Counted from the first letter of the whole stretch, positions 11,796 to 25,417 are shown. The stretch: 61,549 nucleotides of DNA, filler included, from Sphacelaria rigidula (GCA_964200075.2; 10 parts of 10 records of this genome joined end to end with filler, not necessarily neighbours in it), one strand, 5' to 3'. Notes: a model not told the origin generated them from the sequence alone. Translations and numbers: made by a program.

Positions 11796-13791
11796 GTACA
11801 TTATGATGAGGTCGAGATACCCCGCGGGTATCGAGGGTTGCGCCTGTCGGAGCTAGACGTTCGGCGTGCGTATGTGCTTGTCCATTGGATAATGACCAAT
11901 AAGTACCTCATGGCCAATAATGACCTTCCCGTTGCTGTAGCTCTTGTCTTCCAGGGAAGAGTTTAGCAAGTATCAAGTACTCCAGCGGTGTATATGCACG
12001 TATAATATGAATCCCGTGGTACCCCGTCTTCATTTCTCGCAGGGGCTCCGACAAATATTCGAAATATGTCGGGGGAAGGTTCTCTTCGTACTATGGACGT
12101 TAACCTCCCCCCCGACCCCCCTGGCATTCCTCGGGACAAGTCCGCAGTCTCGAGAGAGCAGTCCATCTACCCCCCCCAATCCGGCGAAAACCCGGCGTGC
12201 TCCGTCCCGGCTTTGTAGGGATGCGAGATCAANNNNNNNNNNNNNNNNNNNNNNNNNNNNNNNNNNNNNNNNNNNNTTAATTAATTAANNNNNNNNNNNN
12301 NNNNNNNNNNNNNNNNNNNNNNNNNNNNNNNNCACTACACAGTCAACGGTCATCATCCTGCTGATCACTACATAGCACATCATGTAGGCGATATTTCGTC
12401 ACAGGGCAAATGCTTCCTGGTTTTGCAACCGTCAGATTCAAACAAAAAATCCTGCTGAGTGTGCGGTACTGTTTTGTATCCCAGGGTACTGACTTATACT
12501 GGGATCTTCCTTTGGATCTGTAGTGATAAAAATACGTCGAGGAGCCCTTTTCTTCGCGTTTCCTCGCCAGTACGCGCAATGAGTCAATGACTTCGCCATC
12601 CACAGCCCGCCTGTGTGTCAGAACCACAAAACTGAGGACACTTTCTACGTTAGCCCCACCCCCCAAAACCAGCTGAAAAGTGTCACGAGAAAAATGGCCA
12701 TATAGCGCCTGATGTTTGGGTTTCAGGCCGCATGAAGCACCTCATATTGGCGACATTGGCTAGGACGAACCCAAGCGTGGGAATTCTCAGCTACGCGGTG
12801 TGCTCGGNNNNNNNNNNCTCTCCTCTTCTTTTGGGTCCTGGTTTTTCCCTTTTTTATTCGTGTGAATTTTTCCCCCCCAAACCACGGGGCTTGGGGGGGG
12901 GGGGGGGGGGGGCTATCGTAGAAAGTGTCTGAGGCGATTTCGCTGCCCGCGAATTTGGCTTTCGGCCACGGGTCTGAACAAGAGGGCTGATGTGAAGGTG
13001 ATAGGTGCTTGTGCACGGCTGTTGTAGCGGTACTGTACTGTACATTCCTAGTCAATCAACCGTGCGGGCATATACTTCAGATTGCGTCAGCGCATCGTCG
13101 TCTAGGGTGTGACTTCCAACACAGGGGTGCCGCGTCCGGAGAAATTTACATTTGCATTTCGTTGCACATTCCTATTTCGCTGACCGTTACCAGGGTGGTA
13201 TCTCACGTCTCAAATCATGTACGGCCTGAGTAGTGATTTCAGTTTCCAAACTGCGGTGGCTTTATGGTCGCGGTAAAAAATCTGATGCGTATGCATGGCA
13301 TTTTGTGCGTGTGCAAGACATGCTAAGCAGAATAGCATGAGCGGAGTCGCACTAGCGAATGCAGGGAGCCTGCCACGGTGCGGTGTACTGTACTATCAAA
13401 GTAGTCGCTGTAGTTTATCTTTGTTTTGATTCTGAACCAACTCAGTGGACTCCACACAGTGGTACGATCGTACCTGCACAATAATCGGCCTGTTGCCAAC
13501 AGCATCGATCACAAGTTCCGAAAAGACGATCAACCATTTGTTTCTGAAGTCCGAATGGCCACCTGCGGCACCGGATCTTCTGAGATAAGCAGTATGTACT
13601 CCCTTTGTTCCTTCTTATTTATTCCTGTTTGCTTGTATCGTGTTTTGTGAGTTTTTCACTCTGGATCTATTTTATTTTACTTTGGTTTCTTCTGCTAGCC
13701 TGTGAACACGGAAGGCGTCCGCAGAAGATGCCCAGTACCACTGTACCGCGCAGATATCGGAACGGTTTTTTAATGTGAAGACAAGAACAAC

Positions 13792-13825
<34 letters not shown>

Positions 13826-13914
13826 ACAGTCATATGGTTGAACAATTGTGCCGAAGTCTGTTGTCAGGATGTCATTATTCGTGTCAACCATTTTTTCTGA
13901 TCATCTCGTAAACA

Positions 13915-14166
13915 GCCCTTCCATCTGGAGGAAACCAAACTCTGCGACCCGGAGGGCCGCGCACCCATCCGGAGGAATTTGGGGGTATGGGCGGCCCTCC
14001 AGAGGCAAAAATAACCCTCCGCAGGCGTTTAATCCCTCTGGAGGAAACCACAAAAATCTCCGCTGGAGGGCCGCGCACCCCCCCGGAGGCGTTCAATTCC
14101 TCGAGGATCGAAAAGTTTACCCACCTGGAAGAATCTTGGAGGTAGCCAGATGGCCGCCCGTGTGAG
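13915..14166 (+). mobile_element. MITE family D, left-truncated copy
   Basis: Colinear with 54375-54627. Ends GTAGCCAGATGGCCGCCCGTGTGAG, the inverse of the left end at 54290. Confidence 0.75.
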
Positions 14167-14982
14167 TAGATTGAGGCCGTGTCTTATCACATCGGTTTCG
14201 TGTCGAAAACGTGCGGTCGAATCGAACTCGCTCGCTTCAGATTCGTCCACGCTACTAATTTTCTCGGACGGTTCAGAACATGAATGCCGTGGACGTATCG
14301 GATACAACCAAATTCGATTCCACCGTACGTTTTCGAGTCGAAAACATTTTTATAAGACACGGCCTGAGTACGGCTTCGAATACTCTGCTCAAAAATTGAG
14401 TACTAAAACAATGACTCTTCAAAAGTACTAAGTATTGAGCATACTCTACGCGACCTGCCCTTGGATCTTTCACGTCCGTACAATGGTTGATGCGAAGCAC
14501 CATCGAATGTTACAAATCAGCACCAACACTAGCCTCGCGGTCTAAGGGTCAACACTAAACCCGACCCAAGGCGCACGAGACCCTCGGGCAAGGAGAGTGC
14601 ATAGATTTCCCTAGGCGAAGTGTTCCTCGGCAGAGCCCAAATCCTTGCCGCAGGCGCCGATTTCGACAAAAATACGTTCTTGACGTGCGTCCACTGCTCA
14701 CCTGCCCCGAACCAATTTGTAGTCCCTTCTGTCAACCATTGTGTACGAACATTTATTTCTCTGAATCTGTTGTGTCGTAGTCAACCATTCTCACGACAAA
14801 CCCGTAAGTTCTACTGGCACAACTTCACGACGGTCGGTCGTTGCAGCGAGATGCTCTCGCAAAATATTCTTCGATAACACGCCTGTGTCTTGAGTCTGCA
14901 GTTCTGCAGTCTGTCGCTTGCTTGTTCGCACCATGATTTTTTGTTGAATTCGTGCACAGCAGCACTACGAACCTAATAAAGC

Positions 14983-15320
14983 ATGGTATTGGACGTGAAC
15001 AACAGCACTCCGCAGCAGCAAGAGCAGAGGCGGCTGCAGCAGCAGCAGGAGCAGCAGGAGCAGCAGCAGCAAGCACAACAACGGCAACAAGAGCAGCAGC
15101 AGCGAGTAGCTGGCAAGGGTAATGCCTATTTGCACAAAAAAAACAGAGGAGAGCAGGAGAGAGAGCCGCGGTGTCCCATGGCAGAGGCTGTGCAGCGCGG
15201 TTTTTTCTGGGGATGGGCTTCGTACTGGACCTACTACTGGGCTGGTCCGTTATTGACTTTGGGGGCTTCGAGAACCTTGACTGACCGAGATCTGCCGGGT
15301 GTTGGCAAGGCACAACAGAG
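14983..15320 (+). CDS. Probable first exon of an ABCC/MRP-type ABC transporter with an N-terminal polyQ tract
   Basis: ATG-started. ...GWASYWTYYWAGPLLTLGASRTLTDRDLP matches the ABCC L0/lasso motif SxxTxxWxxPLLxxGxxRxLxxxDL. AG|GTATTT donor at 15321. A possible next exon at 18347-18397 (LRVPVQWAKE) is weak. Confidence 0.7.
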
Positions 15321-16412
15321 GTATTTGACGTACCAACGCGGTCCGGTTTAGAATGAAGATGTGTGAAAATGGAGCAAGGCTCAACATATTGAATTTGCAG
15401 ATATATGCTTGCTATATATTATGTTCTACTCTATTTTGTCAGAATTCGCGACTCGCGGCCTTCAAGCACGGCCTGTCTCAGCGCTTTGATCACCTAGGGT
15501 GTGTCTACCTGCGGAATCTGCAGTACATTCACTTTAAAGATTACCGCCAGACTCAGGTGTGCATCTTCAGGCGTTCAATAATCAAGTTCAAATGTCGAAG
15601 TATGAAAAAAAATGAAACTCGTGATCTTGTTGATGTGCTTCTCTCTCTGTAATACCACGCTCTCATTGGACTGGTGTGGGGGCGAGGTGGGTTTTAGGGT
15701 GTTTGTTTCTACAGTATGTGTTATTTGGAACAAGGGAAAGGCAATAGTAGTAAAAGGAGTAGCTTGATAGCGGCCACACCACGTGTATGGTCATGCTTGT
15801 ACACCTTGATCATACGAGCCAGGGTACCCATCGGAGTGATCGCACCAGGAGGCGAAAAAAAGCATGAACGAAATGAACCGATCGTCGCACCTATACCGGC
15901 ATCAACGCACTGCGGTGCGTTGACTAAGGGAAAACCCTACTTCGGACGTGAGGTCGCCTGCTACCACGCGTGGCTCCCGGGCACTTTTTGAGCTGCACAG
16001 TTTGTCCCAATGCTTCTATCTCGCGGTATATTTGTTGTACCTTTGAGTGGGGCTCCATCCGCTGCGAATTGATATGTTGTAATGCACATATGTGGAGCGG
16101 AGTGGAGATAATTTTATTGAATCGGTGGACGGTGTTCAATCAGGCAGGCCCAAGAGCACGCTTACCGCAAATTACAGCCCACTACGAGTATACCAACGGA
16201 GCAATTCAAAATCCTGGAATGACGCCAGCATTCGGCAAGCAAGGTGAAACCGAGACAAGGAACTTGATACCAGGGGGCGACAAACCATCATGTCTCTTTT
16301 TCGAATCGGGATTTTTTTTTGTCTTATTTGGCCGCTTTTCATTTCTTCCCAAGTTGGTATGTGTCAGGTGATCGGCATTCGGTGTTGGGTTGTGAACTTT
16401 GCTCACCAGCAC

Positions 16413-16958
16413 TAGGCCTTGACTTCTAAGGTATGGAGAAGGGAGGTCTACGGCAAACCATTTAAGGCACGTCTCAGGCAAAATAGTTGGCCTGAGGCAA
16501 CTGCAAAGGCATGCCTTACCCCGTATTCATGCCTGAAATGCCGTAGTTTACAGCTCGGGATGCCTGAGACTTGCCATAGACTTAATTGCCTTAGACAATC
16601 ACGCCGGTTACCCGAATAATTGGAGTGGGCGTTGTATCAGCTAGACGTATTGCTATTGTTTTGTGGTATAATGTGTTTGCCTTTGTTGAGGACGAAGTAA
16701 GGCACCTCAGGCATAAAACACCCTATCAGGCAACCCCTTTTCGAAAAGGGGCTCTAAGCGAAAAGGAAAACCCCGGTATCCCGACTAATTGGAGTTGGCG
16801 TCGTCATTCGTGTGCCTTACCTCTATGCTTTGTCGTAGTATATGTGTTCGCCTCTCCCAAACAAGACATCTCAGGCACCATACCCCCTCTCAGGCAACCC
16901 CTTTCTCAAAAGGGGCTCTAAGGTAAAAAGTAAGGTATGCCTTATAAGTCAGGGCCTA
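16413..16958. mobile_element. Non-autonomous hAT-type MITE (546 bp)
   Basis: TIRs TAGGCCTTGACTTCTAAGGTAT / ATGCCTTATAAGTCAGGGCCTA. Perfect 8-bp TSD ACCAGCAC at 16405-16412 and 16959-16966. Many internal AGGCA/TGCCT motifs. Confidence 0.9.
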
Positions 16959-19479
16959 ACCAGCACCCTCTTGAGCCGATCCTGTGTACATTGTAACGCC
17001 GTAGTAATAATTGCAACTAAACCGACGCACCTGTGATTCTATTCGAGACAGTTTCGGAAAATGGCTTCTCGCCACAGCGTCAGAGGGGAAGAAGTGCAGA
17101 GTGAAAACTTTGAAGGTTCAGTGTTTTGTCATTCCATCTATCCTGGACTGGACGCCAGTCCACTACACCTGGTGTAGACTGGCGTCCAGGATAGACTGCA
17201 CCTGGTGTAGACTGCCGTTCAGGATATAAACGGAATTACAACACACTCTCAACCTTCGAAACCTAACCCTTTGAAGTTCTTCTCATTGACCCTACGGCGA
17301 AAAAACATTTTCCGATACTCCCTCATAGCAACGATTTGGTTCGATTTCAGCACGGGTATTGGAGTCAAACGAAACCTTCGGAGGTGTCGAGTCGAGGAGT
17401 GAAAAAAAAAGATGAGAAGGGATCACCTTGAAGAAAAATCTCCGCCCGGTGACCTACGTGGCTCGGGTCATCGTATGGTATCGTCGTCTGTGGGGGAATA
17501 CCTGGGGTGCACAACAAGGTATTGTGCTACTTACTGTCTGTACTCTGTTGTTGGTGTTGTTGTTGTCTTCACTCTGTACTGCGCATATTAGAGAGTTTCG
17601 GAAAACGTTTTTTCAAATCTTAGAGCCAGAGTGGACAGAAAAATAGCCGGTAGTGCAGAGCAAAGTGCTGATTTTTGTGCCTGTGAATCGGCATCAATTT
17701 TGCTCGTTTTTTACTTGTTTGGAGTAAAAATGATGCCGATTCACAAAAACGAAAATCAGCACTGGGTCCTCAAAGGGTTGAATTATTTTTCGGCCCATTT
17801 TGTCCCTCATCTAGTGTCTCTCTCTTGTTCAAACAAAAAAAATTCAACCCCCACCAACCATCCAACCACCCATCCTCAAACAATATTGAATCAATCAATT
17901 AGGTAAGTATATATGCAGTGTTGTGAACCGAAGCTGAAAATGGCTCGGTCGGTTTTTCGTTTTTTTTCGAAAAAGTCGGTCGGTATTGGTCGGTTTTTTG
18001 AAAAAAAACGAAACCGAAACCGAGCACTTCTCGGTCGGTTTTTCGACGAAACTAAAAAACAAGATTATTTTTTGGAATTTTCGAAGAGCTCGTCGCGCAA
18101 TACGGGCGGTTGGCATTATTATGTGACGAGTGACGAGATTGATGGTATGATAGCGGTGTCCCGTGGCCTTCTTGCCTATACCTCCGGCCGCTGCGCCAGA
18201 TGATATGCACACCCGAAACTACTGTATAGTCTGGATATTATGTAGATACAACTTCCGGCATGAGTGTCATAAGGCTTCTAATTCCTCGAAGCTGGGAATT
18301 GTTTACAGGGGGATGTGAGATGTGAGCATGAATAAGCACTGTGTAGGCTGAGGGTGCCAGTTCAGTGGGCGAAGGAGGGCGTCCGAAAACGGAGCACNNN
18401 NNNNNNNNNNNNNNNNNNNNNNNNNNNNNNNNNNNNNNNNNTTAATTAATTAANNNNNNNNNNNNNNNNNNNNNNNNNNNNNNNNNNNNNNNNNNNNGGC
18501 TTATTATTTTTTTTGGAAAAAAAATAAAAAAACGGGGATATGGGGGAAAAAAAAGCAGTAGCCCCCCTCCCCCCCCCCCCCCCCCCCCATTTTTCGCGCG
18601 AAACGGGGTAATGTGGCATGCGATCCTGAGGATTGTGGTGACGAGCCTCCCAGAGTTCTTCAAAACATATTCCAAATTCCTCGAGGGGCCACGCGGACGA
18701 GAAGCATTTTGCGGTACGGACCACGCTGTCTGCATACAGGATAATTTTCCAGCCAGTGCGGTACAACACACCAGTCATTACTTGAATTCAGAATATTTTC
18801 TTCGGGTCAATTCCCACATAACTGCAGGCATCCCCGCGCTAGGAAAGTGAGGGAAACGTGAGCATATACGTCAACGCAGACGTGCGCATTCCCATCTTTA
18901 ATTGCTCTTACCGCTTCGCCCACCGAGTATTTGTCAACTACTCATAAAGCAGCATGATTTGCTACCACGAGGATTCCCAGTACGAGGCGGATTCTCCCCC
19001 AGTTCGATACCTCAAATGCAAGTTTGGCATCACTTGTTTTCGATAAATCCTATCTGTGACCAACCGGAGGCATGCCGAGAACCTCGTGTATCAGGGGTCC
19101 AGTGGATGTCCAAGTAATGTGTGCGCTAGCAGGCAATCGCGGCGCCGATATAAGCAAAAACGCGAGCTGCGCGCGCTGGTGATTCAGTGAAACGGTCAAC
19201 TCTCATGACAAGTGTCTACATTAAAAACAAGTACTCCGTTCTCCGCAATGTGTCCAGAATAATCTTCACGGGACGAACTCGCTAAAACTCCCCTGTGCAG
19301 TACATTACAGTGTAAAGTAGCCCGGCTTTACAATTCTTACCCACTTACTTTTACTGTATCGCATGCTGTTTATTTTCCAGTACTGTTTGGCGTAGAAGTG
19401 TGCCGGATATATAAGTATTGGATCATGACAAGCCGGGGCCTGTCTCGACTAGCTGCTGGTGTGCAACATCGGGTCCTGC

Positions 19480-19740
19480 GTTGCACCAACTTGGAAGAAA
19501 CAGTTCGCAGAACATCCCGCACTTCAGAAATCAAGTGGCGACAGCGACGCTCTGCGATTGACAACTAGATGCCCAGTGCGATCTAACATATCAAGTTTTC
19601 ACTTCTACCGACGCATGGTCTGTGCACTGCATCTACTCCGTGCATGCTCTCTGTCAACCCATCGCAAAAATCTACGAAGGTCGGGGCTCTACGCACGAGG
19701 AACGAAAACACGAGTATGTCCGGGCTACAAAACTTACTGG
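19480..19740 (+). pseudogene. Possible degenerate hAT transposase C-terminal dimerization domain
   Basis: Across frameshifts: WKKQFAEHPALQK..VA, DAWSVHCIYS, RKNL, EYVRATKL. This loosely follows the WxxxxxxxPxL..A..ERxWS..RNRL..VYV pattern. Confidence 0.35.
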
Positions 19741-22700
19741 GAACTGTGCTGCCGCGAGCTGAATGTACTATTTTGCAACAACAATCGACCGCGACTAGCC
19801 TGCATCTACTGTGTTGTAGTGTCCCCGCGCTGGCTGCTTTCCGAAAGTGCGTACTGTGACGCTCTTACAACATCATGCTGTGCTCACGAGTGCCAGAGCA
19901 CACGCATATACAGCATCTACTTGTTTATTGTACACATTCAATTCGGCAGTGTGCTGTGCCATAGTTCGGTTGCTCTACAAAACGCAGTGTTAGCCCCACA
20001 GGCTGAAGCTGACATAAAGTAACACACACAAGATCCTGTCATACAAAGCAAAGCTTCACTCTGCACACGGCACCTTACCTACTCAGACCATTCTACCTAG
20101 ACTACAAGCCAACTTGACCAGTGCACCTCGTTGTAGTCCATGTCGATGTCGTAGATGGTGAGAATTCGAGGTACCTCCTTGGTTATGGCCCGGTACAGAT
20201 TTGCCGCCGGCGATAGTGCGCCCTGTCTTCGAGAAGGCGGCACACTTTTCATCAAAAAATTCCCGACGCCTGTCGCCATGGTTTATATGTACTCTATACC
20301 TCACGCTTGCTCGACAGTACAGTAGTTCCCGAGGTGAGCCCAGCTCGGGTACCAAATAAAACATGTTTTTCTTTGTTGTATACTCGCTCCGTCTTAAGAC
20401 CCGCATATCACAAACTCCGTGAGAAAACTCAATATATTTTGTATGAAGTGATTGGGGAGTGCGATATGTTGATGGTATATGAACCACATTTTAGTCAGTA
20501 ACGTGAGTATTCAACATTAACCAGCACCCATCTGAACAAAAATTTCTCCAAACTGGCACTAGCTTGGCACTAGTGATGCCGAGGTGATGCTGTGGATATC
20601 CTAGATACATGGAAAATGACAATCTTCCCATTTGGTTGGGACAACACACTACAACTCACGGGACTGTCTGAGAAGTACCTTCATTTTATCCGCAACCTGT
20701 GTCTAGAACCTTGCCCCCCAGAACCAGCTGCAAGTATCGCAAACTACGTAGCAATCCAGGTAGAGAGCTACTTAGGTTTCATCTGGGAGACTTCTTAGGT
20801 TATCCATTGCGCCGGTGGAGGAATCTATCCGCTGATATCACGATGGAGATACGAAGGAGACTATCATGTTCACTAGGAAGGAGGCTATATTCATCACGAT
20901 ATTGTTCGGAGAATGTCGTTGCCGGAGCTCTCTTGATGTTCGTCTTCGGGGCGGCTACAGCGAAGAGTCCAGCACCAGAATCACTGACGAAGCAGGTGAG
21001 AACTCGCGATACAGTACAGTGGAGCAACAGGGTAGCCTGCAATTGGCATAAACACTGATGCTTTTTCTTCATCCATGCTCCTACCTTGAGCAATCTGGAT
21101 TCGAAAAAGTTACCAATCGATTATGCACTCACACGGGTGATTTGGGTGAAGGTGGAGTTTTTCCCACATCACCTGGACAAACCTTGGGCTGACTCTTATT
21201 GCGAATGATCTGCATGTGAAATGTTACAGTATGGGTCGCCCGATCACTCGAAGGTGAAATCATCTTTTCCACATATTTTCACTTTGACCTCCAGGATCAT
21301 TTCGGAACAGTTTCAACGGCTGACAGTCCAGGGATTGTCATGTTTTGACGGGGGATGTTCAATTTTCGGCACTGGGCCCACAGATAGAGGCACGATTTAT
21401 GAGTTGCAAAGTTTCTCGACCAATCAGAGTCTTTGAATACACCACAACGCGATACACCACAATGCGACGACCTTTCTTCAACCAGATGAGAGACATGAAA
21501 AGCATGTAAGTAAAAAAGCAGCTTTGATCGGTCCACACATTGCGCCGCTGGGACACAGACAGCTGCTACCGGCAATAAACGAGGAAACAGCAGCTCCGTG
21601 CTGACTCAGTTTGTTTATCCCAACCTGCACGCACCCGCCTGGCGTGTCTCCCCCGATCACAGCACCCGACTATAATTGAAGTAGTAGAGAAGACTCAACA
21701 GACAGCTGTACAGCCGTCATGTGACGATTGTTTCAACCTTTCTTCGTTCCGACAGCACCTTGCAGTGTTGTTCCTTTTCAATATTATGGAGGCGGTGTTT
21801 TTGGAGAATTGGCGCCCCAACACGGCACACCAAGCGTATGATGAAACTGAAAGTCGATGTGTGTGTGGGTTGAGGCCAAAGCTATGTATCGGCGCGGTAG
21901 TTGCGGCGATCCAAAGCGCAGCGTGACCTGAAACAATGATTTTGCACGATGCTGAACCTGTTCCGAGAACTGGAACACTTTCTAGTGACAGTTCTAGAGG
22001 GTAATGATATCAAACCCGTGCGGAGCGAGGGGCATATCTTGCCAGCCTTGTTGTTTACATCGGCCCCCTGTCGGTCGAGGCGGGCATCAACACGAGAAAT
22101 GCTCATCAGTAAAGGTTCTCTGTATGTTAGAGGTTGAAGCCCTTGCGATTTAGGCGCCGTGTCGAGCAAGATGGGGCCTCGCACAGTAGCCAAAGAGGAG
22201 AGCGTGCGCAGCCGAGGAGCACTGCGAACCTGCACCGGCAGCGGGCAAGGTCTCTTATCCTAGAGTGCCAGACTTGCGTGAGTCATCATCACGGTGGCGC
22301 GAGAATGATACGGGAGGTAATTGTAGTTTTCTTCTACCACAATTGACCGGATCCTCTGCCACATCATGGTTCCACGTGAAGATATTGACCTTTGCGTGAC
22401 AGGCACGCCAGCAGCGTTTTGCGGACTTCACGCGGTTTTCATTTCCTTTTAGTATGCAATTTCTGCCAGTTCGACAACAACCTGTCGCGACAGGTGTACT
22501 GCATACAGTATCGCACGCCGTTTGTATCACGACCACATTTTCCAGACTGTATGCACTACACCTGTTCCGAGCAAATGCCAGGGGGGGGCACACTGCGGAA
22601 TGCCGCGGGGATAAACAGGAAGCGTGGGCACTGAGAAAATATCTGGTGGCAGTAATGCCCACCCGTACTGCTGGTGCGGTTCCTGCAGCACCCTGGACGG

Positions 22701-24902
22701 TGTCTTCGGCGATTGAGGTGGTTGTGACCGATATATATCGCATAGACGCTGCGCAAGATGCCGAAGCCCGTGGCGGCGTCATGTACGGTGACAGTACTGT
22801 GCAGTGCAATAGACTGTTACAGGAAATTTTGCGTAAGAAGTGCACCCCTACCGTGGCATTGCTCCCGAAGGGAACGTTCGCGTCTCGCATTTTCATGGCC
22901 CCCCAGTACTTGGCATCCAGTACGTGTGGCAATCAGCATGTTGATGGGTCTTTGTATAGTCGCGGGGATGTGGATTGTTAGTAAAGCACGGTCCATGTGC
23001 CCAAATTGTCGTTGTACTTGTTGATTTTCTTCTCTTCACAGTTTAAACCGCACCGACATGAGGGCATTGCTCTGTACCGGACATATCACGCGGACGCTTC
23101 CCGTGGTGAAAGACAAAGAACCCAAACATGGGGGGATTTTTTTTCAATAAATAATCGTATAATAAATAAAACAAAGAAGAAATTACGTAGATGCTATACA
23201 AAATCAGAGAATAAAGTGGAATAAAATTGGTAAAAATACAACGAGAATAAAAAGGAGACAGAAATACAGCGGATTGTCGGTGCGCACGCCATCGCTTGGC
23301 GGTCGTGAGCAGTGCACGCCGCATGAGCATGCATATCGCGGAACGCGACAGAGGTTTTGCATGCCCCGCCATCCCTCGCGCCCATCTCCCCACCAGTGCG
23401 TGCCGTGAAAACCTGCCGCCCTAACCCTCAATGCTCGCACCGCTCGATGAGTGGTACTACCTGGAATGAGTGTTACCGTACAGCATCGCACCAACAATAC
23501 TGACGACGCCCCTGCACCGCGGCGCCTTTGCGCTAAATGAATACCCTTGCCTCTACCCGCCTGCGCACCCACACAAATGCCTCTACTTCATCGGCCCCCA
23601 TCCCTACGGGCGCACTTCCTGCCGTCAACCGTCACGCCCTGCCGTCCTGCGGCGCCCTTCGTGCCATGGGCCACCAGTAAAACGTCAGACCTGTCCGACG
23701 TGAATACCTGCGCCAGTCCCAGTAACAAGAGCGCACGACAGTGGTGTGGCATCCTCAATCCGGTGATATTTCAGCATCAAGTTGGATGTCACTCGCAATG
23801 TTCACTCCTGCCAGGAACGTTTGTAAATACTCTCATCTGCAGCGATCGTCCATGACTCGCGCGCGCGCCTCCTGTCGTCGCCGTGCACTTTTCCAAGGTG
23901 GTGTTCTGTGAGGTACGATTTTCTGTGTACCCGACGCATTTGCCCGGGTATGTACTACCTTTCAGTTTTTCCCTTTTCTGTCACAATAATTTGCGCGTCT
24001 TCGTCTATTATATTGCTCTCTTATAATTTCTCGCTGTTTGTAACCGTTTTCAGGGGCGGTGTTGACTTCTGTTGTGTCTTGGGCGTTCATCAGACCACCA
24101 CCGCCGAATGACTCGGGGGTCTGTTCAAGTGCGTCAATGACCTCAACCAAGCAATCATTTACCATACCCAACAAATTCATACTGGTACCCGACAGTTCTG
24201 CAAATTCTGCAACGATTTCATGGCCTCATCCCACAATTGCAACAATTCTGTAAGCGTCCTGTACCGTTACGAGAGGACTGGGTACGCCGTTGATAACAGA
24301 CGCGGCTGCGGGTACGGTCTGCCGTGAGGTGTCCACGTCCTGCCAAACACTTTCCGTGACTTTCACACGCCTCCCTCACCCTTGCCCGACAGTTATGCCA
24401 GTAATGATACTAGTTCCTTATCTTCCGGAACACTTTATCGGACAAAAAATCACGTGCTAGTGTGTGTGTTACGTCACAGAGATTACCGTGTGTGTGCGTG
24501 TGGGGGGGGGGGGGGGGGGGGGCCCCCCCCCGCGTCCTTCCCTCCTCCCTCTTTTTTTGTTTNNNNNNNNNNNNNNNNNNNNNNNNNNNNNNNNNNNNNN
24601 NNNNNNTTAATTAATTAANNNNNNNNNNNNNNNNNNNNNNNNNNNNNNNNNNNNNNNNNNNNGGGTGCACACCCGCCTATAGACTGGGACATGTTTTGTT
24701 TCGATCCTGTCCATGCTGTGCGAATGCTCGTCAGTTGTCCACCTAATCCGCGGACCTTACCAAATGTGGATAAGGTCCCAAAATGGCCAGGTTACAGACC
24801 CCAGTGACCACCCGTGTAGCCACTGTCGTTGTATTCGTCGGGTATAAGTGGATTTCAAGAATATTCTGTACACAGATGCAGAAGAACGGTTATTGCATGA
24901 AG

Positions 24903-25190
24903 CAATGTTTGTGTGAGATTAAGAGTAGAGGATACGATTGAGCAGTCAATTCGTGAATGAATCGTTTCAGTCCCGAAAGGCCCCTCCACGAGGCCCAATA
25001 TGCTTTCTGTAGGAGCTTGCCACTGAGGCCCTTGATATCCCTGCGTAGGATATCGACGTGTAGCTGTAAACACACGCCAGTTATGGAGGCAAAGAAAAGC
25101 ACGCACGGAATGAAAAATTGGCTGAGTTGAAGCGAATGATCAAAGCCACTCTCAATCACCGCTCTACTCTCAATCTCACAATGACGCTGT
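24903..25190. mobile_element. MITE family E (Tc1/mariner-like), copy 1
   Basis: Inverted ends TGTGAGATTAAGAGTAGAG / CTCTACTCTCAATCTCACA, extending toward ...GACGCTGT|TA. A second copy lies at ~28340-28637. Confidence 0.7.
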
Positions 25191-25417
25191 TATGATTAAT
25201 TGTTGCTGTAGACGCATGAAAATTAATTCACTCCTTGTACTATACGCCTTTTCTACCGCTGAACGGCTCATGGCCGGGCTTGATCCGCAAGCCATACCTC
25301 ATGAACCGTGCCGACATTGATGTTTCACCTATAACCCCTACGACCTGCGTTAGACTAGTGGGCAGAATATCTTAACACGCTAGCGTCCATTGGGTGTTCC
25401 GCTACTGAGTGTGCAAC

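Noticed and set aside
12535..12610. Possible minus-strand exon RAVDGEVIDSLRVLARKREEKGSS
   Set aside because: Splice sites are plausible, but it is short, unrecognised and next to an internal 10-N gap at 12808-12817.
22454..22981. 175-aa and overlapping 225-aa ORFs
   Set aside because: They run through a family F MITE end (22820-22864) and have no recognisable domain.
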